Source of the DNA: a virus
Taxonomy: Duplodnaviria; Heunggongvirae; Uroviricota; Caudoviricetes
Length of the DNA: 9,406 nt
Reading direction: 5' to 3' (one strand)
IMG/VR virus record: IMGVR_UViG_2648501787_000010
Positions 1 through 6,148 of the stretch are shown here, in pieces. The notes beneath the pieces were generated by a model. The model had not been told where the DNA came from and did not search any database. It was given only the letters and a program-made list of their open reading frames with translations. Every line of letters starts with the position of its first letter. Position 1 is the first letter of the stretch. The position numbers were made by a program, and so were the translations under genes.

Positions 1-282
1 CTACCGCCGCAACCGTTCCGGCTTCTTCCACTGGTAAGTATTTTTCGCGCTCTCCCTCCGTTGTTGAGAACGGCGACGGTATGCCAGCAACTCAAGGACT
101 CTTGTTCGTATGTTGCGCATATCCACGCCGTTAAGCTCAATACCATCACGGCGCATCACCTCAGCAACAACACGCACATAATTTTCAGCGGTCACGCTGT
201 CCGGCTGTGTGGCCTGTTCGTCATGCTGCTGGCTGATTCCGACGACGCGGCGGATTAATCCCAGTAGTTCGGCTTCAGTCAT
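1..282 (-). CDS. hypothetical protein (93 aa) immediately downstream of the Nu1-like small terminase gene
   Basis: Complete ORF: ATG at 280-282, stop TAG at 1-3 (minus). GAGGG Shine-Dalgarno-like motif a few nt upstream of the ATG. Sits where lambda would have the large terminase gene, but shows no resemblance to gpA N-terminus as I recall it. No recognisable motif. Confidence 0.5.
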   Translation of the reverse strand: MTEAELLGLIRRVVGISQQHDEQATQPDSVTAENYVRVVAEVMRRDGIELNGVDMRNIRTRVLELLAYRRRSQQRRESAKNTYQWKKPERLRR

Positions 283-355
283 TGTGCCCTCATCGTTCCG
301 ATAGCCTGGTGTCGTCGGGTCCTTCCTGGAATTATGGCCCGTTACGGGGCGGCGG

Positions 356-898
356 TTACTCGCCTTTGTTCTGTAGCAACTTCTCAGGCGCGTTTCCGGT
401 AGTTTCCATCAGGTAATCAGCCAGTATCTGTGGCAGGTTTTCGTCAAGTCTTGCACATGCGTTACATGCTTTGGCTATTTCCCTTTTTAGTTCATCCAGC
501 ATATACGGCCTTATATCGGGAAAGCGCCTTTGCATTGTGAGCGGGAGGCTGTCCATGATTGATGAAATCTGACTCGCTAGTTTTGAAATCGCGTAGATGC
601 AAAACTTTGTATCAATCACCTCGCCGCGTTCGCGCTCGTTTTTAAGTTCCTGCGCTTCCGCCTGGGCCGTCATTAATCTGATTCTTACGCGTAAAAGTTC
701 ATCATCATCAATCTCGCCTTTGTCGTTTGTAAGCTGGTTAATTGCATTGTTAACCCTATTGTCTATCACGCTAGCAACATCATAAAACGCCTCACGGCCT
801 TTACGCTCAACGGGAGTTACTCCCCACTTGTCGAACGCTGTCGCACTTACGCGGCAGCTTTGCGCCATAGTTTTTTTGTTCATCAGGTGCGATTTCAT
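356..898 (-). CDS. terminase small subunit, lambda gpNu1-like
   Basis: Translation aligns by eye along its length to lambda Nu1 as recalled from memory: N-terminal MNKK...KWGV..ERKGREAFYDVASVI versus lambda VNKK...NWQEQG..GGGKGNEVLYDSAAVI; central RLMTAQAEAQELKNERERGEVIDTKFCIYAISKLASQISSIMDSLPLTMQRRFP versus lambda RLTRAQADAQELKNARDSAEVVETAFCTFVLSRIAGEIASILDGLPLSVQRRFP. Lies directly downstream of a cos site, as in lambda. Start is ambiguous: in-frame ATGs at 898, 883 and 868 and a GTG at 910; 898 has a G-rich SD-like motif, while 883 gives the MNKK N-terminus that best matches lambda. Confidence 0.9.
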   Translation of the reverse strand: MKSHLMNKKTMAQSCRVSATAFDKWGVTPVERKGREAFYDVASVIDNRVNNAINQLTNDKGEIDDDELLRVRIRLMTAQAEAQELKNERERGEVIDTKFCIYAISKLASQISSIMDSLPLTMQRRFPDIRPYMLDELKREIAKACNACARLDENLPQILADYLMETTGNAPEKLLQNKGE

Positions 899-925
899 CA
901 ATATCCCCACTTAGTTAAGGTTTCA

Positions 926-1000
926 GGTTGGTGTGTTGGTGTTATCTTTCCCTTTTTATTCATAGAGATAGAGCGAAAAACAAAACCACCACCACCAACC
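926..1000 (-). repeat. imperfect inverted repeat between cosN and the terS start; candidate cosB-like binding elements for the small terminase
   Basis: Plus strand 926-943 GGTTGGTGTGTTGGTGTT and 984-1000 AACCACCACCACCAACC (reverse complement GGTTGGTGGTGGTGGTT) are inverted copies separated by about 40 bp of AT-rich DNA. They occupy the position of lambda cosB (R sites) but do not resemble the lambda R-site sequence as I recall it. Confidence 0.45.
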
Positions 1001-1085
1001 CGAAAAGGCTCATAAATAGCGAAAATCCGCAAGGTCGCCGCCCCGTAGCCTGCCGGATCGCCGGAAAGGACCCGCCAGCCAGAAC
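1000..1085 (-). other. lambda-type cohesive end site (cosQ/cosN); predicted 12-nt cohesive end GGGCGGCGACCT at 1032-1043 on the minus strand
   Basis: Minus-strand sequence GGGTCCTTTCCGGCGATCCGGCAGGCTACG-GGGCGGCGACCT-TGCGGATTTTCGCTATTTATGAGCCTTTTCG matches the junction of the lambda right end (...GGGTCCTTTCCGGTGATCCGACAGGTTACG) and left end (GGGCGGCGACCTCGCGGGTTTTCGCTATTTATGAAAATTTTCCGG), recalled from memory, with only scattered substitutions. Orientation and distance to the Nu1-like gene match lambda. Confidence 0.85.
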
Positions 1086-1099
1086 GGGCCCTAATTTCA

Positions 1100-1444
1100 T
1101 CAACCAATCAACTTATTGCGTCCTTTCAGGGCATTACGCCTGGCGCGTTCAATCTTGAGGCATAACGCCGCATCAGGTTTTTCGGGGGTGGGAACAAGGC
1201 AATAATTTGATGCGCGCGGAATGTTGTTAATCCACGCAACAACCTCGCTTAAATACCATGCCTTGCGCCCTTTCGTAACCTGTACGCGTTCGGGGAACTC
1301 TCCGCGAGCTTCAAGGTTTAGCAATGTGCGACGGCTAAGGGTTGTAAGCTCCACTACCTGATCCATATCAACAAGGCGCTCGCTTAAACTCATTTTGTCA
1401 TCGATATCTAATAGCTCTCGTAGCTGACTATCTCTTTCAATCAT
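1100..1444 (-). CDS. AlpA-family (MerR-like winged HTH) DNA-binding protein with C-terminal extension, 114 aa
   Basis: Core LVDMDQVVELTTLSRRTLLNLEARGEFPERVQVTKGRKAWYLSEVVAWI fits the AlpA/Xis-type pattern (HTH, then FP..V....GR.AW...EV.AWI). GAGGT SD about 6 nt upstream of the ATG at 1444, embedded in the 3' end of the gpD-like gene (9-bp gap), so it is co-transcribed with the capsid genes. Stop TGA at 1100-1102. Confidence 0.8.
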   Translation of the reverse strand: MIERDSQLRELLDIDDKMSLSERLVDMDQVVELTTLSRRTLLNLEARGEFPERVQVTKGRKAWYLSEVVAWINNIPRASNYCLVPTPEKPDAALCLKIERARRNALKGRNKLIG

Positions 1445-1453
1445 TCTCGTACC

Positions 1454-1795
1454 TCACACACGTGCCAGCGGCTGAACAGAAATACCTGAGCCAACAAACG
1501 CAGCAACTTTTGCTGATAGTTGTGTTACAGACTCAGGCCAGTTCAGAGCATCAACATTTAAGACGCCGGTTTTATAAACCTGAGCCTGCGTTTTTGTCGC
1601 TGTATCGATTTGTACAGCGGAAACATAAACAGCTTTGCCTGCGCTCGTTCCATCCCATACCACCAGTGCACCAGTTGCATCTTCTTGCATCAGTGGCGTA
1701 AATGCAGGAATTACCCCTTTATTAGCTGAAAATATCCCCAACGTAGTAACCAGTGCTTCAGTGCCAGCCATGAGTTCAGTGTAATGAGTAGCCAT
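1454..1795 (-). CDS. head decoration protein, lambda gpD-like (113 aa)
   Basis: TPLMQEDATGALVVWDGTSAGKAV...VYKTGVLNVDALNWPESV...AAFVGSGISV aligns to lambda gpD [24 protein letters not shown]...FYKSGTFRYEDVLWPEAA...TAFAGTAISIV (from memory). Size matches gpD. Starts 9 bp after the capsid gene stop, with a G-rich SD. Confidence 0.9.
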   Translation of the reverse strand: MATHYTELMAGTEALVTTLGIFSANKGVIPAFTPLMQEDATGALVVWDGTSAGKAVYVSAVQIDTATKTQAQVYKTGVLNVDALNWPESVTQLSAKVAAFVGSGISVQPLARV

Positions 1796-1804
1796 TGCTC
1801 CCCC

Positions 1805-2845
1805 TTAACCAATGCGAACGGTAACAAAACGATTGATGCGGGCCGGTATTGGTTGCGGTGCGCTGTGCGTCTGCACATATTCAATAGCCGGATCACCTGG
1901 TACGATGTAATTTTTCGGCGCAAGTTCGGCTTTAGTCAGCCCCATTCTGATTAACTCAGGATCCTGAATGCCACCGTAGGCAACGATGCCCTGTAATGAT
2001 GTGTTGCCAAGCACCATCAAATCAGGATCAAGGAAATATTTTTCTTTGCCGTCCTCGTCGGTATAACGTCCGCTATATACCACAATAGCAACATCGCCAA
2101 CGTAACCCTTGAAGCTTACAGAATCCCCAAGATTTTTCAGGGTCGTTTCAAGAACGGAATTAGATCCCCGTCGAGTATCAAGGCAATCTTTTACTGCTTT
2201 AAAGGCGCGGTATTTTTTCCATACGTTGCGGCCCATTACGATGATATTTGTAGTACCTTCGCTGATTTCTGCGTACTCTTCGATGTCATCGTTTGGATCA
2301 AATGTTGATAAATCTCTACCGCTCCACTCCGTGCCGCCGGACTGCGTGATAATATTTTGTGGTTTTATATTCCAGTCCAGTTCATAACGTTCAATTCCAT
2401 CGCCTTCAATGATATTTTTCCCCGTTGTAACCGCCTGAACAGCAAGCCACTCAATACGCGCACGAATTGCCTGCGCTTGTCTTACTAACGCTCGCTTTAT
2501 TTTGAAACTGCGTGATGAATATGCATTGAATTGTTCAGGTGATACGCCTGGTTGACGAACGGCTATTTTATTTGGGTCGATACTACTTTTTGGCTTCATA
2601 TAGCCAGGGCGAATTACTTTTGATTCGTAGCCTTCATCGCGTGAGACTTTACTACCAACCATAGGGGAACAAAATGCAGCCATCGGGATGTCTGGATCGT
2701 CAATAATATCAAGCGCAATATCCCGCGTCTCAAATGTAACGACTCGCTTAAAAAACAGGTTTATAAATAAAGAATTAATCTGCCATTGAATATCTTCGGC
2801 ATTAACAACCTGTATTAACATGGCTGGCGAATATAAATCACTCAT
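1805..2845 (-). CDS. major capsid protein, lambda gpE family (346 aa)
   Basis: Several long blocks match lambda gpE as recalled: NIITQSGGTEWSGRDLSTFDPNDDIEEYA versus NITQSGGTEWSKRDKSTYDPTDDIEAYA; FKAVKDCLDTRRGSNSVLETTLKNLG versus FKAVKEKLDTRRGSNSELETAVKDLG; VGDVAIVVYSGRY and MVLGNT are conserved. Length is close to gpE (341 aa). AGAGG SD 5 nt upstream of the ATG at 2843-2845. Confidence 0.95.
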   Translation of the reverse strand: MSDLYSPAMLIQVVNAEDIQWQINSLFINLFFKRVVTFETRDIALDIIDDPDIPMAAFCSPMVGSKVSRDEGYESKVIRPGYMKPKSSIDPNKIAVRQPGVSPEQFNAYSSRSFKIKRALVRQAQAIRARIEWLAVQAVTTGKNIIEGDGIERYELDWNIKPQNIITQSGGTEWSGRDLSTFDPNDDIEEYAEISEGTTNIIVMGRNVWKKYRAFKAVKDCLDTRRGSNSVLETTLKNLGDSVSFKGYVGDVAIVVYSGRYTDEDGKEKYFLDPDLMVLGNTSLQGIVAYGGIQDPELIRMGLTKAELAPKNYIVPGDPAIEYVQTHSAPQPIPARINRFVTVRIG

Positions 2846-3030
2846 ATAACCTCTTAATACTTAGTAAAAGTGTCGCGTTAATTTTATCATCTGCCTTGTT
2901 TGGCATCTTTATGCATTGCTATGCAATAGTGTGCAAAGTTTCAATCTTCGTTTATTTATCCGGCGTTACGTGTCATTCTGTACAGCGTTACAAGTTCAAA
3001 GACATAAATTATTCTCTTTGGTGATGAAAG

Positions 3031-3057
3031 GGTCGGAATATTCCGGCCTTTTTTTTT
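3031..3057 (+). terminator. rho-independent terminator on the plus strand (orphan: no plus-strand gene upstream)
   Basis: GGTCGGA-ATAT-TCCGGCC hairpin (7-bp stem with one G-U pair) followed by a run of 9 T at 3049-3057. Confidence 0.55.
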
Positions 3058-3079
3058 GCGTAGTGTGACGGACTCAACT

Positions 3080-3102
3080 GATAAAAGCCGGATTGCTCCG
3101 GC
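3080..3102 (-). terminator. rho-independent terminator for the ssb-containing transcript
   Basis: On the minus strand GCCGGA-GCAA-TCCGGC hairpin followed by TTTTAT, 17 bp downstream of the SSB stop codon (3119-3121). Confidence 0.5.
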
Positions 3103-3118
3103 CTCTGTTACTCGTTGC

Positions 3119-3541
3119 TTAAAACGGTATGTTATCCCCGTACGGATCATCATTTCCCGCCTGTTGTTTTGCCCTGTTCAGTGCGTCAGTAGCCTGCCCC
3201 TGTTGACCTTTTTTGCCGCCCGGTCGCGCCGTTCTGGCACTGATTACACTGTCTGCGATAACCTGCCAGCCCTGCCGCGTTTCGCCGTTCTGGCCTGTCC
3301 ACTGGCTCACCTGCATATTACCCGCCACGCTCAGGAGTTCGCCTTTGTGGTGTTTTGCCAGTGCGTCGGCCTGTCTGCCAAACGCCAGGACAGATAACCA
3401 CATCGTCGCCGTTCCGTCATCTGCCTGGCTGCACGGCAGGGGAACCGCCATACCCGCCATCGCCATTTGTGTCCCTTTGCTGGTGGTCTTTAACTGCGGG
3501 TCAGCCACCAGCCGACCGTAAGCTGCTATCTGTGCTGTCAT
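3119..3541 (-). CDS. ssb: single-stranded DNA-binding protein (SSB-like), 140 aa, with C-terminal ...GDNIPF tail
   Basis: OB-fold pattern parallels E. coli SSB (GRLVADPQLKTT...G..MAMAGMAV versus GNLGQDPEVRYM...G.AVANITLA; W..V.AFG..A...AK...KG versus [21 protein letters not shown]), followed by a Gly/Gln-rich linker and an acidic tip ending IPF, like the DDDIPF tail of bacterial SSB. Start ATG (3539-3541) overlaps the stop of the upstream ORF by 4 bp. Confidence 0.85.
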   Translation of the reverse strand: MTAQIAAYGRLVADPQLKTTSKGTQMAMAGMAVPLPCSQADDGTATMWLSVLAFGRQADALAKHHKGELLSVAGNMQVSQWTGQNGETRQGWQVIADSVISARTARPGGKKGQQGQATDALNRAKQQAGNDDPYGDNIPF

Positions 3542-3816
3542 GCAGTCTGCTCTCCGGTTTTAACGTTGATGGTTGTCACCTGTTCAGCTTCCGCAATCTC
3601 CCGCTCTGTCAGCGTGGCAAAATTTGCCGCCGTCGTGGTCATGAATGCGCTTATCAGTTCGGGATGTGCTTTCGCGTATCCTTCCCCCGCGTGGCGGTCT
3701 ATCGTTCTGATTGCCACCTTTAAAGCGTGCTCTGTCATGTCTAACGCGCGATATTTCGGTTCTGTTCTGTCTCTGCGTTTTTTGAGTGATTTATTAAATT
3801 TCCCTGAAGTGTGCAT
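3538..3816 (-). CDS. hypothetical protein (92 aa), translationally coupled to ssb
   Basis: ORF with GAGGGGG upstream of the ATG at 3814-3816 (spacing somewhat long); an alternative internal ATG at 3736-3738 lacks an SD. Stop overlaps the ssb start. No recognisable motif. Confidence 0.5.
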   Translation of the reverse strand: MHTSGKFNKSLKKRRDRTEPKYRALDMTEHALKVAIRTIDRHAGEGYAKAHPELISAFMTTTAANFATLTEREIAEAEQVTTINVKTGEQTA

Positions 3817-3864
3817 ATTTATTTTTACCCCCTCGTTTAAAAAGTTTTGAGTTGTGCCTCCCCT

Positions 3865-4090
3865 TGTCTACCTTATCTACCTTAGTGGCCCTCATGCCAG
3901 TAATGGCGCGGCTTTCAGCGGGGTAGAGTGCTTTTATCCACTATCTACCCCGTGTCTACCTCCCTGTCTGATTCAGGTAAAATCAGGTAGAGAGGGTAGA
4001 TAGTGGGTAGACAGTAAAAAAAGGCTATCTACCTAACTTAATGCACTGAATTAAATGTATTTTTCTTTACTCAGGTAGACAGGGTAGACA
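3865..4090. repeat. iteron cluster (octamer GGTAGAYA / TRTCTACC, about 11 copies in both orientations); putative origin of replication
   Basis: Copies read directly: TGTCTACC 3865-3872, TATCTACC 3874-3881, GGTAGAGT 3922-3929, TATCTACC 3942-3949, TGTCTACC 3953-3960, GGTAGAGA 3986-3993, GGTAGATA 3995-4002, GGTAGACA 4006-4013, TATCTACC 4026-4033, GGTAGACA 4074-4081 and 4083-4090. Interspersed A-runs and an AT-rich stretch (4040-4070). Lies immediately 3' of the primase-helicase gene. Confidence 0.75.
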
Positions 4091-4104
4091 GCAATTACAA
4101 AAAA

Positions 4105-5859
4105 TTATAAAAACGCGTCGCACTCGTCTGTTGTTATTGCGTTAGTCTGCGTTACTCCCTTAACTTTCCGCGTAATATATTCATGTCCGTAAACTTTCGC
4201 GGCTGGCTTCATAGCCTTGCCAAAGTCATTTACGTTTAGCGGTTTGCTCCTGCCTGCGTACGCCATAAACGCCAGATAGACGCGGTAAAGGCTGTTTCTG
4301 GTCGTGTACTTCACTGAATCGCCACCGCCGCCCATCATCAGGCCGCGTGCTTCCTCCAGAAAATTCAGGAACTGGCAAAACTCAATAACCGGATCCGTCT
4401 GTTGCTTTATTGCCAGTGCTTCATCACCGTCACGCTGTTCAATGAGTAAAGCCCGTGCCTTTTCAGGGTCGGCAAAGTTCGCCAGCAAGCGGCGGATAAT
4501 GACAGGGATTTCAGCCGCGATCTTTTCCGGTAGCTCCCTGTCTTTTTCTGCCTCGCTTACGATGTTATCGAACCGGAATATCACCCGACGACGTGCCACA
4601 CCTCCGGCCCGTTCGGTGAATATCATCGGATTGTTATTGGTTGCCAGCACCACCGCCCTGATTACCGCCGTAAAACGCTTTTCATATTTCGGGTTAATTT
4701 CCACGGGGTCGCCGCCCGTGATTTTCTTGATGCCCGTTCCTTCGCCTGTATATTTCGGCTGGTCTGCCAGGACGATAAGCCGACTCCCGACAACCTGCGC
4801 ACGCCCACCAGCATCATCAAGCGATGTCATCTCAGCGCTTACTGTGTTCTGTTTCCCTGCCAGAAGGCTGGCTATGTGCGTAAATGTACTCTTGCCGCTC
4901 CCGCCGTCTCCTGTGGCCTCAATAAACATCTGCCAGTCGTACCGGTTCGCCATAATCATGTATAGCGCGGCACATATGCGCATCATCTTGCCCGGGTCTT
5001 TTCCGGCTGCGTGATCAAGCCATTTATGAAAGTTTGGCGCGTTGTCGCGGATATTCTCCCCTGGTACTGGCGGCGTGTACTCAATGCCGTTGTGTGTGGT
5101 GATCCAGTTATCAGGCGAGTGCGGGGAAAATTCCCCTGTTTTCAGGTCAAGCACGCCATTAGCGAACGGCAGCAAATCACCGGACGGCTCGCCCATTGGT
5201 TCGGCAATAACTTTTAACGCTTCAATGGCGTTACTGATTACGCGCTTGCTGAAAGTGGCTTTATGTTCTGAATAAATCGCCACCATTTCGCGGCTCAGTT
5301 CCATTGTGCTGACCGGACACCATACCCCGCCGCGCCAGACGTGGATGATTTCACTTTCCGGATGCACACAAACGCTATCAAAGCGATCGACAAGCAGTTG
5401 CGCGCGCTCACTGTCCGCCATCTGCGAAAGCTGCATTTTTTGCTTTACCGGAAGCTCAATAACCAGCCCATCAGAAAGATTCTGGCGTTCACGGGCCAGA
5501 TATTCGCGCCAGTTCTCCACCTTCTTACCGTGCATTCCCTCAGGGTAAAAATTTGCATCCTGTACGCCTGCCGCAGCCAGATTCTGACCAATCGCCTTAA
5601 TCATTACAGGCGCAAGATGTCCGGCTCTGTAGATACGAGCGTATGTTCGGCCTTCCGGTACAATCTGTAGATTATCCAGTTCGGATAGCTGCTGCTCTCC
5701 AAGCCACACAGGAGGCTCATTATCTCCGGCTGTACGCGCGTCGTGTTCCTGCCACTGTTTCGCGTGTGACCAGGCATCACTACCCGCAAAAATGATCACT
5801 TCGGTTTGTTCGTGTTTTATTCCGCGAGGCTGTTTTTTTACGTTCGGTGCCAGTTTCAT
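4105..5859 (-). CDS. P4-family DNA primase/helicase (replication initiator), 584 aa
   Basis: Walker A box GDGGSGKST followed by a hydrophobic-acidic Walker B-like segment (RLIVLADQ), with a large N-terminal domain, consistent with the P4 alpha / D5-type primase-helicase architecture. Start ATG 5857-5859 overlaps the stop of the upstream ORF (ATGA) and is preceded by a GGGGG SD. Stop TAA at 4105-4107. Confidence 0.9.
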   Translation of the reverse strand: MKLAPNVKKQPRGIKHEQTEVIIFAGSDAWSHAKQWQEHDARTAGDNEPPVWLGEQQLSELDNLQIVPEGRTYARIYRAGHLAPVMIKAIGQNLAAAGVQDANFYPEGMHGKKVENWREYLARERQNLSDGLVIELPVKQKMQLSQMADSERAQLLVDRFDSVCVHPESEIIHVWRGGVWCPVSTMELSREMVAIYSEHKATFSKRVISNAIEALKVIAEPMGEPSGDLLPFANGVLDLKTGEFSPHSPDNWITTHNGIEYTPPVPGENIRDNAPNFHKWLDHAAGKDPGKMMRICAALYMIMANRYDWQMFIEATGDGGSGKSTFTHIASLLAGKQNTVSAEMTSLDDAGGRAQVVGSRLIVLADQPKYTGEGTGIKKITGGDPVEINPKYEKRFTAVIRAVVLATNNNPMIFTERAGGVARRRVIFRFDNIVSEAEKDRELPEKIAAEIPVIIRRLLANFADPEKARALLIEQRDGDEALAIKQQTDPVIEFCQFLNFLEEARGLMMGGGGDSVKYTTRNSLYRVYLAFMAYAGRSKPLNVNDFGKAMKPAAKVYGHEYITRKVKGVTQTNAITTDECDAFL

Positions 5860-6143
5860 TTCTTACCCCCTGCGACCAGCATTTCACGGATTTTGCGGAT
5901 ATGACTTGCTGCACGTTTCTGATTTACGGCTTTACGATGGCCCACCAGCGTGAAATCACGCCGGAATTGATAAACAGGCATCACGCAATCATATTCGTAA
6001 CCTTCACGGCGGTAGGTGATGCGCCGTTCTGCCACGCCTTTAATCGTTACCATGCCGCCATATTTATCGCGGTAAATATCGCCGTTCATAAATTCAGGAC
6101 GAGCGGGGCCGCTGGCAGTAACGCCAGAATTTTTATTTTTCAT
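5856..6143 (-). CDS. hypothetical basic protein (95 aa), translationally coupled to the primase
   Basis: ORF with GGAG upstream of the ATG at 6141-6143; stop overlaps the primase start codon. No recognisable motif. Confidence 0.55.
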   Translation of the reverse strand: MKNKNSGVTASGPARPEFMNGDIYRDKYGGMVTIKGVAERRITYRREGYEYDCVMPVYQFRRDFTLVGHRKAVNQKRAASHIRKIREMLVAGGKK

Positions 6144-6148
6144 GTTTT

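Noticed and set aside
61-785. Plus-strand ORFs 61-258 and 597-785
   Set aside because: They are antisense to the 93-aa ORF and the Nu1-like gene respectively.
898-1107. 69-aa minus-strand ORF
   Set aside because: It overlaps the cos site and cosB-like repeats and the 5' end of the Nu1-like gene in another frame; the Gly-rich translation comes from the GC-rich cos sequence.
1462-2387. Plus-strand ORFs 1462-1701 and 2109-2387 and minus-strand ORF 1711-1923
   Set aside because: They overlap the well-supported gpD-like and gpE-like genes in other frames or on the opposite strand.
2956-3153. 65-aa minus-strand ORF
   Set aside because: It spans both terminator hairpins and the 3' end of ssb; no RBS; the interval is better explained as terminators.
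3056-3850. Plus-strand ORFs of 113, 102, 122 and 94 aa
   Set aside because: They are antisense to the ssb-like gene and the upstream 92-aa ORF, or span terminator hairpins; no start-site support.
3865-4090. Possible CRISPR array
   Set aside because: The repeats are only 8 bp, occur in both orientations with irregular short spacing, and have no uniform spacers; this fits iterons, not CRISPR.
4304-5670. Plus-strand ORFs of 236, 68, 77, 80 and 109 aa
   Set aside because: All lie antisense inside the primase-helicase gene, with no RBS and low-complexity Ser/Ala/Pro-rich translations typical of antisense frames.
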